Source: Macrostomum hystrix
Lineage: Eukaryota > Animalia > Platyhelminthes
Reading direction: 5' to 3'
Assembly: GCA_950097015.1 (NCBI GenBank)
Contig: CATNEN010000011.1
Coordinates: forward strand, 2,170,001-2,234,000
Length of the DNA stretch: 64,000 bases
The position numbers were made by a program, and so were the translations under genes. The notes below the pieces were generated by a model. That model was not told the DNA's origin, ran no database searches, and worked only from the letters and a program-made list of their open reading frames with translations. Each line of letters opens with the position of its first letter. Position 1 is the stretch's first letter. Of the stretch, positions 37,335 to 53,935 are shown one piece after another.

Positions 37335-37740
37335 CAAGATTTCTTCGAAACAGGGCTCCTTAAAACTTTATTTCTTAGAATTAAGATTTCTTAGAAGCAG
37401 GGTTTCTCAGAATTAGAGTTCACAGAATCAAGATTTCTTCGAAACAGGGCTTCTTAAAACTTTTTTTCTTAGAATTAAGATTTCTTAGAAGCAGGGTTTC
37501 TCAGAATTAGAGTTCACAGAATCAAGATTTCTTCGAAACAGGGCTTCCTAAAACTTTATTTCTTAGAATTAAGATTTCTTTGAAGCGGGGTTTCTTAGAA
37601 TTTTAATTCTCAGAATCAAGATTTCTTAGAAACGGGGTTTCTTAACATTTTATTCTTCAGTATCAATATTTCTTCAAAAGAATTAAATCTAAATTAGAAT
37701 TAAAATTCTCAGTGTTAAGATTTCTTGGAAACATGGTTTC
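37335..37740. repeat. 94-bp degenerate tandem repeat x~4
   Basis: CAAGATTTCTTCGAAACAGGG recurs at 37335, 37429 and 37523. Confidence 0.85.
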
Positions 37741-37954
37741 TCAGAACCGTGATTTTTCCCGATCAAGATTTTGTACTATCATTTTCAATGCAGTTTGAAA
37801 ACTAATTCGGTTTGGATTCTTTTACGAATAAAAGAAGATTTCAGTAACTTTACGAAAAACGAGCAGCTTTATAATTGGACCCACAGAATCTGAGCCACAA
37901 AAGCTTCCAAGCTGACACTCGATTGACGCATTCGTCGATAATTCCTGATCAATA

Positions 37955-37987
<33 letters not shown>

Positions 37988-38394
37988 TTGCTGTTGCCGT
38001 TGCTGCTTTGAGGACTTGTTTCACCGTGTCTGCTGCTTCGGTTTCCATTAACAACAGGTTTTTGGTTATGCTGTAAAATTTTAATTTTAGTTATTGGATG
38101 TGTGCGCTTGTGAAGCGTTGAGATCAGGTTGAAATATTTAGTGCAAGTTAATTAACAAAGGAACAAGTACACAAAAAGCTACAATTGTAAATTATACTAA
38201 AAAACTTAATAATCTAAACACTAATATCGTGGTGTTAGTTTTGCATTTTTTAACTTTGATCTAGTAGTTGTTAGCTTCGAGATTAACAAGAAATAAGAAA
38301 TAAATAATGTTAAAAAGGTGTGTCATGTGAACTAGTATGTCATATGAGCATAATTGCAAAATAGCTGTACGGAGTGGTGCGACAATAGTTGAAA

Positions 38395-38562
38395 GTCGAC
38401 CCTCAGTCAGCGAGGTGGCAATTCTGCACATTCCGCTGACTCCTGAGCGTATGCATCTGCCCTGACTTTCTCATCATCAGACTAAGGCTTCTAGAAGCCT
38501 TCTCTCCGCGGCTGCGCCCCAAATGAATGTGGCCTCGCCGCGGAATCGAGCTCGGGGACGTC
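38395..38562 (-). mobile_element. SINE A copy 5 (head-truncated, deleted), sense to the kinase
   Basis: The reverse complement reads CCCGAGCTCGATTCCGCGGCGAGGCC...GATGAGAAAGTCAGGGCAGATG...CAGGAGTCAGCG. Confidence 0.8.
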
Positions 38563-38607
38563 GGGGTTTTAAAAATTATGGACTCAACCCCAAGCGATTG
38601 TGCTCAC

Positions 38608-44390
<5,783 letters not shown>

Positions 44391-44599
44391 TCCAGCACTG
44401 CCATGGGCTTAGCACAGCATGGGCGCGCTTGCCTGACTACTAACGCTACGCAGGACGATACCTCAAAATTAGACTAATTGTCTGTCTATTTTGTATCCTT
44501 AGCAACTGGATAACAACTGTTTGAGATGTTCCGATTAAAGATAAAAAGACACTCATGACAACTCAGAGGCCGCTATAGCCGATGGTACAGGGACTCCCC

Positions 44600-44706
44600 T
44601 CATTGGTTGGGGGTTTCATTGGCGGAGCGGTCAAAAGTCTCGAACCCCGAAATTAATTTAGCCGGATTAGGCTTGCCATGCAATTTAGGGCCAATAGGAG
44701 CCAATC
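44600..44706. promoter_or_regulatory. Cluster of four CCAAT boxes upstream of the kinase start (divergent promoter region)
   Basis: ATTGG at ~44602 and ~44618, CCAAT at 44691 and 44701, 210-310 bp 5' of the ATG at 44390. Motif evidence only. Confidence 0.45.
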
Positions 44707-44984
44707 CTCCTGTAGGATCGGGGAGGACCCTGTGTACGTGTCCGTGTAGAAGCGGTGGCAGTGGCGGGTAGACTGTTCATTGCTATGAATAATTGCTTTC
44801 AGCCCCCCTACCGATACTACTATTACAAAAAATTATTCTAGTTTGCTAGTTAGCTAAAGAGAAATATTAGCTACCAAATGTTCGACATTAACTACTGTTC
44901 TTAGTAGACAATGTGATTAAATAACAATAATAAATGCTAGAGGGCTTTAGGCACTGGCGCTTCATTTGATGAAGCGAAGAGGCA

Positions 44985-45210
44985 ATTCTGCCCATTTCGC
45001 TGACTCCTGACACACTAACACAGATACTGAGCGACTGTCTTTGTCGACTTTCTCGTCGTCAGGCAGAGTACACTCTCACTGTACCTTGGAGGTTGGCCCT
45101 CAAGGGCGTAAATTGCACGACAAGCCACCAAGCCTTCTCTCCGCGGCTGCGCCCCAAATGAACGTGGCCTCGCCGCGGAATCGAGCTCAGGGACCTTAGT
45201 GACTCACCCC
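44985..45210 (-). mobile_element. SINE A copy 8 (intergenic)
   Basis: Reverse complement of the family consensus. The head retains GGGGTGAGT, followed by a deletion. Confidence 0.82.
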
Positions 45211-46087
45211 TAGACAGAAAGTGAGAATATACCGCATCACAAAATCTGATCATATACTCTGATCACTGTCAATTTTTTCACATCGGCGTAAATTTTGACT
45301 GAATAGTGTTAGAAGATCAATCATTTTATCTCAGTTGATCTCAAGGAAACTCAATGTGATCTGAATAGATAATTCAGTGCATATTCAACACTGGTAGTTC
45401 TTCGAATCGATGTACAAGAAATGCGTTTCAATCCACTTCAGTAAGCAATAGTGATTGTTATTTGCCAGTCGTACAAGAGTGCATCAGATAAGAGTCAGTA
45501 AAGTGTCCGCTCGTGTCTAAACGCACTTCCAGTCTCATTGTGCTTCTATTCAGCTTCTAGACGAGTACAAGCAACTCGCACCAGTGCTGGACCTTGACGG
45601 GTGAGAATGCGCTCACGTTTCCACTTGAGTGCTCAGCCCGCCAACCATCCTTCTCTTCACTCCTCGCTTCCTGATTCGTCAGCGCCAAGCGCCTCCTTAG
45701 CAACCGTTGAGTTTTTGCGTCCTTGCCAAGTCCTGCTCAGACAGACAAACACAACCCCTAGAGCCTATTAGGCGCCTGAGCAACAATCCCAATAGGTAAC
45801 TAGGGACAACTTATGTTTTTTACATGAATTCCAGCCCCATTGTATTGCAAGACATAAGTCATCAGAAAACATTCTGTTTCAAAGAAAGGCAAGTAGAGAC
45901 GACAACACTGGAGAGTTTCATCGCAGGTGAGATTCCAATAAAAACTTTCTGCGTCTGTATCGCTAATGACTCGACAACTGAGAGCTCAAACGATAGCACA
46001 CAAATACCAACACAGGAACACAGTCTTACGAGCGTACAAGTGTTAACATCCATCATTCCAGGAAAGAAGTCTTATCAATTATCGTCT

Positions 46088-49000
46088 ATGGCAGTCTATC
46101 AGTTGGTTTTATTAGGCCTGCTGCTGCTGCTGCCAGTAACCAGTTCAAGTTCCTATGGCTTTCACTGTCCGACCGGCGAGGACACGAGCTGTTATGTGTC
46201 GGTAACGTTACCCTTGAGCTCTTCGAACAGCGAACCCTGCGGCTCACTCAGCAGTTCTGGCTTCAAACCGTTGACAAGGCAGGTGTTGGCCTATCTGCAG
46301 AACTTCACCGCCTTTAGGGCGCCGCTGAGTTTCAGGTAAGTTCTCTTAAAAATCTGCACTTCAATGAAACTATGTAGCTGTATCTTCGTTTCCGAAAATT
46401 CTATGACTTCTATGGAAAGAAATAATCTGATTGAATCTAACCACATCCGCCCAGCCAACCGGTGGTGATTGCGCAATCACCTGGGGTCTCGACTTCTACT
46501 AAGACTGCGTGTTGGGGCGGCCGCCGCGACGCGGGAATCACGGCCGCCCTGGCAAACGTGACGCTCCTGATGCCGCCATCTTCAGATTCCGATCGGCTGA
46601 AGGTGGTCACCGTGATGGCGGTTAACTCAGGCGGCGGGAAAAAGACGGTGGCTGTAACTCTGCAGGATCCGAATACACAGCGTCAATTGATGTGCGAGGC
46701 GCCACTGAGTGTGGCTGAAGACCTTGCCTCAAGCTCTGCAGTGTCAGCCTGTGAGTTTGGGCTTCGAATTTCATAAAGATTTATAGCTATGTACATTGAT
46801 GAAGGGCAGAGCAGCTGGAAGGTATCGGCAATTGATAATTCTTAACTTGAGTAAACATGTCAATTTTTTGGAAGCTGGTGACTTAAGAATGGTCATAGAG
46901 GCAGTAAGGGGTTCGGGGGACGAGATTTTGGCGCTCGAGAACGAGTGTACATTGAATAGTTTCAATTCTCACACAGGACGGGTGAGGGGAGGAGATTTTC
47001 TAGGTAATGTACATTGAAGAAAGACAGAGAGCCAAGATGTAGGGGACGAGATTTTGGAAGCAGCGTACATTAATCAAAGACAGAGAGCCAAGATGGGTGT
47101 AGGGGACGAGATTTTGGAAGCAGCGTACATTGAAGAAATACAGAGAGCCAAGATGGGTGTAGGGGACGAGATTTTGGAAGCAGCATACATTGAAGAAATA
47201 CAGAGAGCCAAGATGTAGGGGACGAGATTTTTGAAGCAGCGTACATTGAAGAAATACAGAGAGCCAAGATCGGTGTAGGGGACGAGATTTTTGAAGCAGC
47301 GTACATTAATGAAAGACAGAAAGCCAAGATGGGTGTAGGGGACGAGATTTTGGAAGCAGCGTACATTAATGAAAGACAGAAAGCCAAGATGGATGTAGGG
47401 GACGAGATTTTGGAAGCAGCTTGCATTGAAGAAAGACACTTTTTTGAAAAAAGCTACTTTTTTTATTAATTTCTTTTCGGACGTCATGCGTTTTCTGGGT
47501 TTCAAGAAAGCCTTTTGTTGGACAAGCAAGATTCTTTGACTTAATTAAACGCGGACTTTCGCAGGCAAATTTTTTCGATTTTTCAGACGATTGTTTCTAC
47601 CTGCTGGGTACGTGTTATTTTGTCACCAGAGCCCAAGCTAATTGGGAAACTGCCAACAGCCCAGGGACTTGCCCGTTCGGAAAACTGGCACTAGCCAAGG
47701 ATGCCAACGAGGAGGCGCTCATTAAGTACGCCGTTTGAAGTGATACTACTCGTACAAACGTCGATAAGATGCTCAGACCATACAGTACAAGAGCAAGCCT
47801 ACACTCACTTCCTTCCAGATCATTCGTTCAAAGCTTGAATGTCAGCGTCGAATACTACATCCAGGCCCGCGAGTGCTCACCCGAGTACACCATGCCGTTC
47901 TCCAACGACACCCTGACTGACTTCGTTGAACCTCTGACAGCCGTACTGTTTCGCGTCTCTCGATTCCCAGCCTGTGCCAGGATTAACTACGTGAATGGAA
48001 GCCTATTTATGGAGCAGAACTGTAGCTTGAGCAATCTCGTCTGCTTCCTCACCGTTCGTAAGTGATAAAGAAGCACTTGGAACATTATGAACAATTTAAA
48101 CTATGGTACAAACAACGTACGGAGAGGATTATAACTTACATTACAGCCATGTCGGCAAATAGTTCGCTGTGCAGTGGGGCCTTCTGTCACTCATTCTGGA
48201 ACTTTCCGGCCGCATATCTAGCGCCAAGGTCGACCGCAGTCGAGCGTTGCCCAACGGCGCAGATAGGAGTGTCAGAGCTCAGAGAGTTGAACACGGAGTC
48301 CAGCTTCATACCGGTTCCAAGCTCACCCGGGTGAGGGAGCAGTAATCCATCAAATCATCAGGACCTCAAGGAATATTGTCCATCATTTTTAATGAACTTT
48401 TGAACTGGTTGCCGGAATCCATCTTAGCATGAACTCGAGATGGTTGAAGGATTAAATACTTCTTACCTGTTGAAAGGCTAAGTTTTTGAGTAAAACAAAA
48501 AGTTAAGGTAGAGCTAACCTGCCAGGTTAGAGATAACCAATCATAGTAGAACTAACCAATCAGAGTAGAGCTAACCAATCATAGCAGTGCAAATAAAAAA
48601 GAATATAACTAACCAATCAGAAGTACTAGACCATCCATAACCTGAGAATAACGTGAAGAAAGAGGTTCCAAAGTATCAATGATTTGGAAAACAAAACTCT
48701 GGTATTTTGTTAACTGGAAAACTATTAACTGTACCGATAAAACTTCCAGAACAAATACGTTCCACACGGGAATCAAGAAGCGGTCAATGGCCAAGAGAAT
48801 ATTCTACCTGAACACAAACACATCCACTGGCCAGTTGGCTGAGGTGTTTGTGCAGAATGTAAACGAGAGCTCCGTTCAGCACTGCCTTCAAGTACACACC
48901 AACTCCACGCACACTCTGGGCGTATTCGCGGCCAGTTGCAACAACAGCGTCAACGCCACGATGCTGTTCTGCCAGTATCCCAACGGTTCAATGCAATTCT

Positions 49001-52000
49001 TCAGCTCTGGATCAGCTTATCTGAGCTTCACTGAGGCGCGCAGTCAGTGCCGATGGAACTGCGGCAGCGCCGGTTGTCACCTGCCGACACTGCTGCTGGT
49101 TAATCAAAATAACAGCGGCGGAAGCGACTCCTCTGGTCCAACCGAAGCTCCAGCGGGCAAAACCGGTGGCCTTGGCGGGTTCGTCGGTGGCATGTTGAAT
49201 AATGTTGCAAAAGTTTTAACTGGAGGTGACTGTAAGTTTCTTATTAAAAGAACAAAATATTGCTACATTATTTATACTTGTATGCTTAAATATTGGTTTT
49301 CAACTTCTATTTCAAACTAAGCAACTTCAATTTCGCCAGCGGGGAGGGGGGATGCTCGTGTGTACCCGATTAGTAACTTCAAATTCGTCCGCGGGACCGG
49401 CCTGTCCAAGTTATAGGGTAAATCAATTTCACAAAAAGTAACTTCTATAACTCATGAGCACACACTCACAAAAATAATGTACACAGGCACACACTTTCTC
49501 ATCGTCAGGCAGTGTACAGTCTCACTGCGCCTTGGAGGTTGGCCCTCAAGGCCCCCCAAGCCTTCTCTCCGCGGCTGCGCCCCAAATGAATGTGGACTCG
49601 CCGCGGAATCGAGCTCAGGGACCTTGGTGCGAGAGGCAAACGCGTTTGACCGCTCACCTCCTTTCTATGCTGTTGTGATTTTCAGGCTTTGGGATTAATA
49701 AGATTTCACGAATTTTTTTATTTAATTTTATTCAAATTTTATTTTTTTGAATTTTCTGTATCGTAAATGTATTTAAGTTAGAAAATTCCATTTAACACCT
49801 CCCTGACTCTCTCAGCAGGGTCAATTTTTTCATCAACCGGCGTTTCGACCTTCTGGCTGGACGGATTCGAGTACCAGAACTGGACTGACTCAAACGGCCA
49901 GCTCATGTACAATTCCTACGTGTCCACTGCTGGCGATCTGGCTGACGACAAGTTTATGCGAAGGTTTATTTATGATGCGGGCCCTGCCACTGATGAGGAA
50001 TGCGCATTTCTTAATGTGACAGTGACTGGCTCAGTTAACAAGTCTGTCGATATCTTTGTGTCGGCCTGCACCAGCTCGTCATCCATCGTTTGTCGCAGTG
50101 GTCAGTATGAAAATTATTCTAAAACTTGCACTAATGGCTTTTTATGTGTTGAACAAACCAATCAGAGTTCTCGTAGAGCCTAACCAATCAGAGTACTTGT
50201 AGAGCCTAACCAATCAGATTACTTGTAGAGCCTAACAAATCAGAGTACTTGTAGAGCCTAACCAATCAGAGTACTCGTAGAGCCTAACCAATCAGAGTAC
50301 TTGTAGAGCCTAACCAATCAGATTACTCGTAGAGCCTAACCAATCAGAGTACTCGTAGAGCCTAACCAATCAGAGTACTTGTAGAGCCTAACCAATCAGA
50401 TTACTCGTAGAGCCTAACCAATCAGAGTACTCGTAGAGCCTAACCAATCAGAGTACTTGTAGAGCCTAACAAATCAGAGTACTTGTAGAGCCTAACCAAT
50501 CAGAGTACTCGTAGAGCCTAACCAATCAGAGTAGAGCTAAAGAATCAGGGTAGGTCATAGAGTTTTTTCAATCAAACTAGAACCATCAAATTAGATTAGA
50601 GCTCACCAATCAAAGCGGAATAATTCAAAAATGTTTATTTTTTCTGATAAAGAATGACTCCAATTTTCTATTTTGCAGGCACCAGCTGCCCCGCCCTGCC
50701 CCCAGTCTATACCGACGGCTACCTGGGCGGTGTGGGGTGGTACAACATGAGCTCAACAGCCCTGGTTATTGACATTCTGTCAGCCAATTGCAGCGATATT
50801 GACCCCGTCAGCACCAAAGTCGATTCGAGCGTCTATTATTCTTGTAACACACCAGTGCCAGGGTCACTCAGTGCTTTCATACCTGTAGTGTACAGTACCT
50901 GCATGATGACTGCCGGTGGCATGAATTGGTCGTCTCTGAGCAACATGTCATCCTGTCGCGGCTCCCGATGTGACCTGCGCCGCCTGTTCAGCATGGGCGA
51001 TCCAGATAATCAGCGATTCCTTCGACTGATTTCAGCCGGGGTCACATTCAACAGCACCAACTTGTGGGCTAGTAATCGAACTCGGGTGGAAGCTACCTGC
51101 CTACCCGGAGCAGCTCTTGTGACAGCCAATGAGAGCTTTGCTAGTCAGTACGGAGTAGCGTCAACCGCCTACTGCTCAAATGATGCTTGGATTTTCAATG
51201 TGTCCTATTTCTGGTGAGTGGATTAACACTTCGGTGTTGTCATGGACAACAAAGACCATTGTAGGGTGTTGTAATGGACAACAAAGACCATTGTAGGGTG
51301 TTGTCATGGAAAACAGAGACCATTGGAAGGTGTTGTCACTACATGGAGTGGCACATGCATTGTGATTTTCCCTCCCCGCAGCAATGCGACAACTCTCACC
51401 GTGGAGCCGATCGAACAGCCAGCTACAGCCAGTCCGCTGTATCGCTGCCGTCGAGTTCGCTGCCCTGTTGCTGATTTGTTTAACAATTCAATGGTGAATA
51501 CCAGCGGATTGGATCCTTCGGCTTACCTTGAGATTGGCGAAAGTTTGCAGGTAGCTTGCCGTAACGCATCGAGTCCTTTAAGTTATTTACCGAGGCCATC
51601 GCTCAATGTGGAATGCCTCCTATTTGAGAATCATTTCTACGAATTCGCGGTCACCTACGCCGATAACGAGACGGTGAATCCAGCTACGCACACAAATGGA
51701 AGTGTTATCGGTCTGCGATCGGAAATGAGCCAAAGGTGAGTTTGGGATTCTGATTGGTTGGTCTGGAATTCTGATTGGTTGGTCTGGAATTCTGATTGGT
51801 TGGTCTGGAATTCTGATTGGTTGGTCTGGAATTCTGATTGGTTGGTCTGGGATTCTGATTGGTTGGTCTGGAATTCTGATTGCATGGTCTGGGATTCTGA
51901 TTGATTGGTCTGGAATTCTGATTGGTTGGTCTGGAATTCTGATTGGTTGGTCTGGAATTCTGATTGCATGGTCTGGGATTCTGATTGGTTGGTCTGGAAT

Positions 52001-53475
52001 TCTGATTGGTTGGTCTGGAATTCTGATTCGTTGGTCTTGAATTCTGATTGGTTGGCCTGGAATTGGTCTTTTTTTTGCGAGAAACCATTTTTGCCCATTT
52101 CACTGACTCCTGACAACACACGCACATAGATATTGAACACAGCCACACTCACACATGTGTGTACATCTGTCCTGACTTTCTCATTGTCAGGCAGTGTACG
52201 CTCTCGCAGTGCCTTAGAGGTTGGCCCCAGAGGGCATAAATTGCACGACAAGCCCCAAAGCTTTCCCTGCGCGGCTGCACCACAAAAGGATTGTGGTCTC
52301 GCTGCTCAGGGACCTTTCTCGACACTGTATTTTTCAATTGGCAGGTGTATCAGCCAGACACTGCGCACCTGCAACCTGTCGCAGGACATTCTAAACCAGC
52401 GCAACGTGATAGTTACGAATGCCAGCGAAGCTCACTGGCCGTATCCACGCCAAAACGCCGACTTTTTGCCGCCAAACTCAAGCGTCATTGTGGCCTGCAA
52501 CGCCACCAGATTGAACGACATGTCCATGGACAGTATCGGTAGGCACTACAGGCTGCTCTGCAGGCCGGATGGGGAACTGCGGGTGTCCCGCGTGGACAGC
52601 TTCAGCTTCAATTCGAGCATCGACTTGACCTGCGCTTACGAGACCTGCCCGCCATTCTCAAATCCACCGAGGACTCAGGTGGTGGCAGGAAGGAACCAGA
52701 CTAGCGTCAACTGGACTGTCACCGCCTCGGAGGTTGCGACCATTGTCGAGTTTGCGCCACGCTATCAGCTGTTGGTTCGCTGCACTCTGGCGCCAGACGC
52801 ATTCCAGACGGTGATCTGCAACGACACTGGGCGGGTCTGGATACCGCGGTCAAATAGCGATAACAGGAGCCTCTGGCAGGGAGAGGAGCTTTTAAACTGC
52901 ACTGGCTTGGGTTAGTACGACTATTTTTTGCTTGGTGCCTTAATAAAAAATAAGTATAATTGCAGGAGGGCTTCGGGAAATGACGCATCATTTGGTGGCA
53001 CTAGACACGCAGCTATTTCACTGACATTTCATGGCCACATGTTCACATATGTGTGTACATCTGCGCTGACTTTCTCATCGTCAGGCAGTGTACATCAATT
53101 TCACTGTGCCTTCAAGAGGTTGGCCCTCAAGGACGTAAATTGCACAACAAGCCCCCAAGCCTTCTCTCCGCGGCTGCGCCCCTAATAAATGTGGCCTCGC
53201 CGCGAAATCGAGCTCCGGGACCTTGGTGCAAGAGGCAAACGCGTCAAACCGCTCTGCCACCGCCCGCCCCGACGATGAGAAAGTCAGGACAGATGTGCAC
53301 AATCTGTGTGAGTGTGTGCCTGCGTGCAGTATCTGTGTGCGTGGTCAGGAGTCTTGCCTCTGGCTGGTTGCCGTTGTGTTTTTAGTTTAGAATCTAGCAT
53401 TAGTGAGGTGAATTTTGGGAATGTGTACCTGTAAAGTACTCAATAGCTGTCATCAACTGTCCGATTCTGACATAA
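46088..53475 (+). CDS. Secreted mosaic glycoprotein with C-type-lectin-like and CCP/sushi-like Cys modules (exons 46088-46335, 46455-46750, 47587-47725, 47819-48057, 48147-48330, 48750-49231, 49819-50100, 50679-51213, 51382-51735, 52345-52910, probably 53447-53475)
   Basis: Signal peptide MAVYQLVLLGLLLLLPVTSSS. All exons join in phase at GT-AG sites. CTLD-like motifs CYFV....NWETA...C..GKLA.....EE, FWLDG...W.D and ECAFL...C....VC. Repeated xCP...C modules and many N-x-S/T sites. Domain names are inferred from the Cys/Trp pattern. Confidence 0.75.
47025..47430. repeat. 56-60-bp tandem repeat x~7, intronic
   Basis: GAGCCAAGATGGGTGTAGGGGACGAGATTTTGGAAGCAGCGTACATT... with degenerate copies upstream. 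Confidence 0.93.
49470..49662 (-). mobile_element. SINE A copy 9
   Basis: Reverse complement of head and body, antisense to the host gene. Confidence 0.82.
50155..50545. repeat. 26-bp minisatellite (AGAGCCTAACCAATCAGAGTACTTGT)
   Basis: About 14 units, each with a CCAAT box. Confidence 0.95.
51745..52060. repeat. 21-bp minisatellite (GGTCTGGAATTCTGATTGGTT)
   Basis: About 14 units starting ~10 nt after the donor at 51735. Confidence 0.95.
52095..52320 (-). mobile_element. SINE A copy 10 (head-truncated)
   Basis: Reverse complement of body and tail start, ending ~25 nt before the acceptor at 52344. Confidence 0.8.
53040..53352. mobile_element. SINE A copy 11 with inverted 5' part (53040-53262 minus; 53270-53352 plus)
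   Basis: The 5' two-thirds is inverted relative to the 3' part, and GACGATGAGAAAGTCAG..CAGATGT.CACA is present in both orientations. Confidence 0.8.
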
Positions 53476-53819
53476 TTTAAATTCTAAAAAATGGTGAGAC
53501 GTTGCAGCTGCGACAATTCCTGCTTAAACAACAAAATTGACACTTCACACACGAAGCTTGGCTGGAGGCGAACATTGAATAGCGAGGCGAGACACCGTCA
53601 ATGTCGCGCAAATACCTGTAAGTGCCACTTTCGTTGCTGTATTTTTTAATATGTTTTTTTTCTCTGCCATGCAAATATTTTTTTGTGGAATGGGGTTCGG
53701 TAACAGGTGAGCACTGACAGGTAATTCGTGTTTTTCTGCAGCTTGCATGTTTGATTGTAGAGTAGCTGAGAAGTGAGAGACAAATTTAGAATGTGCTAAA
53801 TGTATTGCGTATCCAAACA

Positions 53820-53935
53820 CAGTGTACAGCTGTTCAGTCCATGGACTGAGGCCGCGACAATCAACCTAAAGTTCTACCACAGCTAATGTTATTGTCTCCC
53901 CACGGCTGTGACTCGAACTCCTGACCTATTGATAA
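53820..53935 (-). mobile_element. SINE family B copy (deleted)
   Basis: GTACAGCTGTTCAGTCCATGGACTG (tail, reverse) and GACTCGAACTCCTGACCT (B-box, reverse). Confidence 0.6.
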
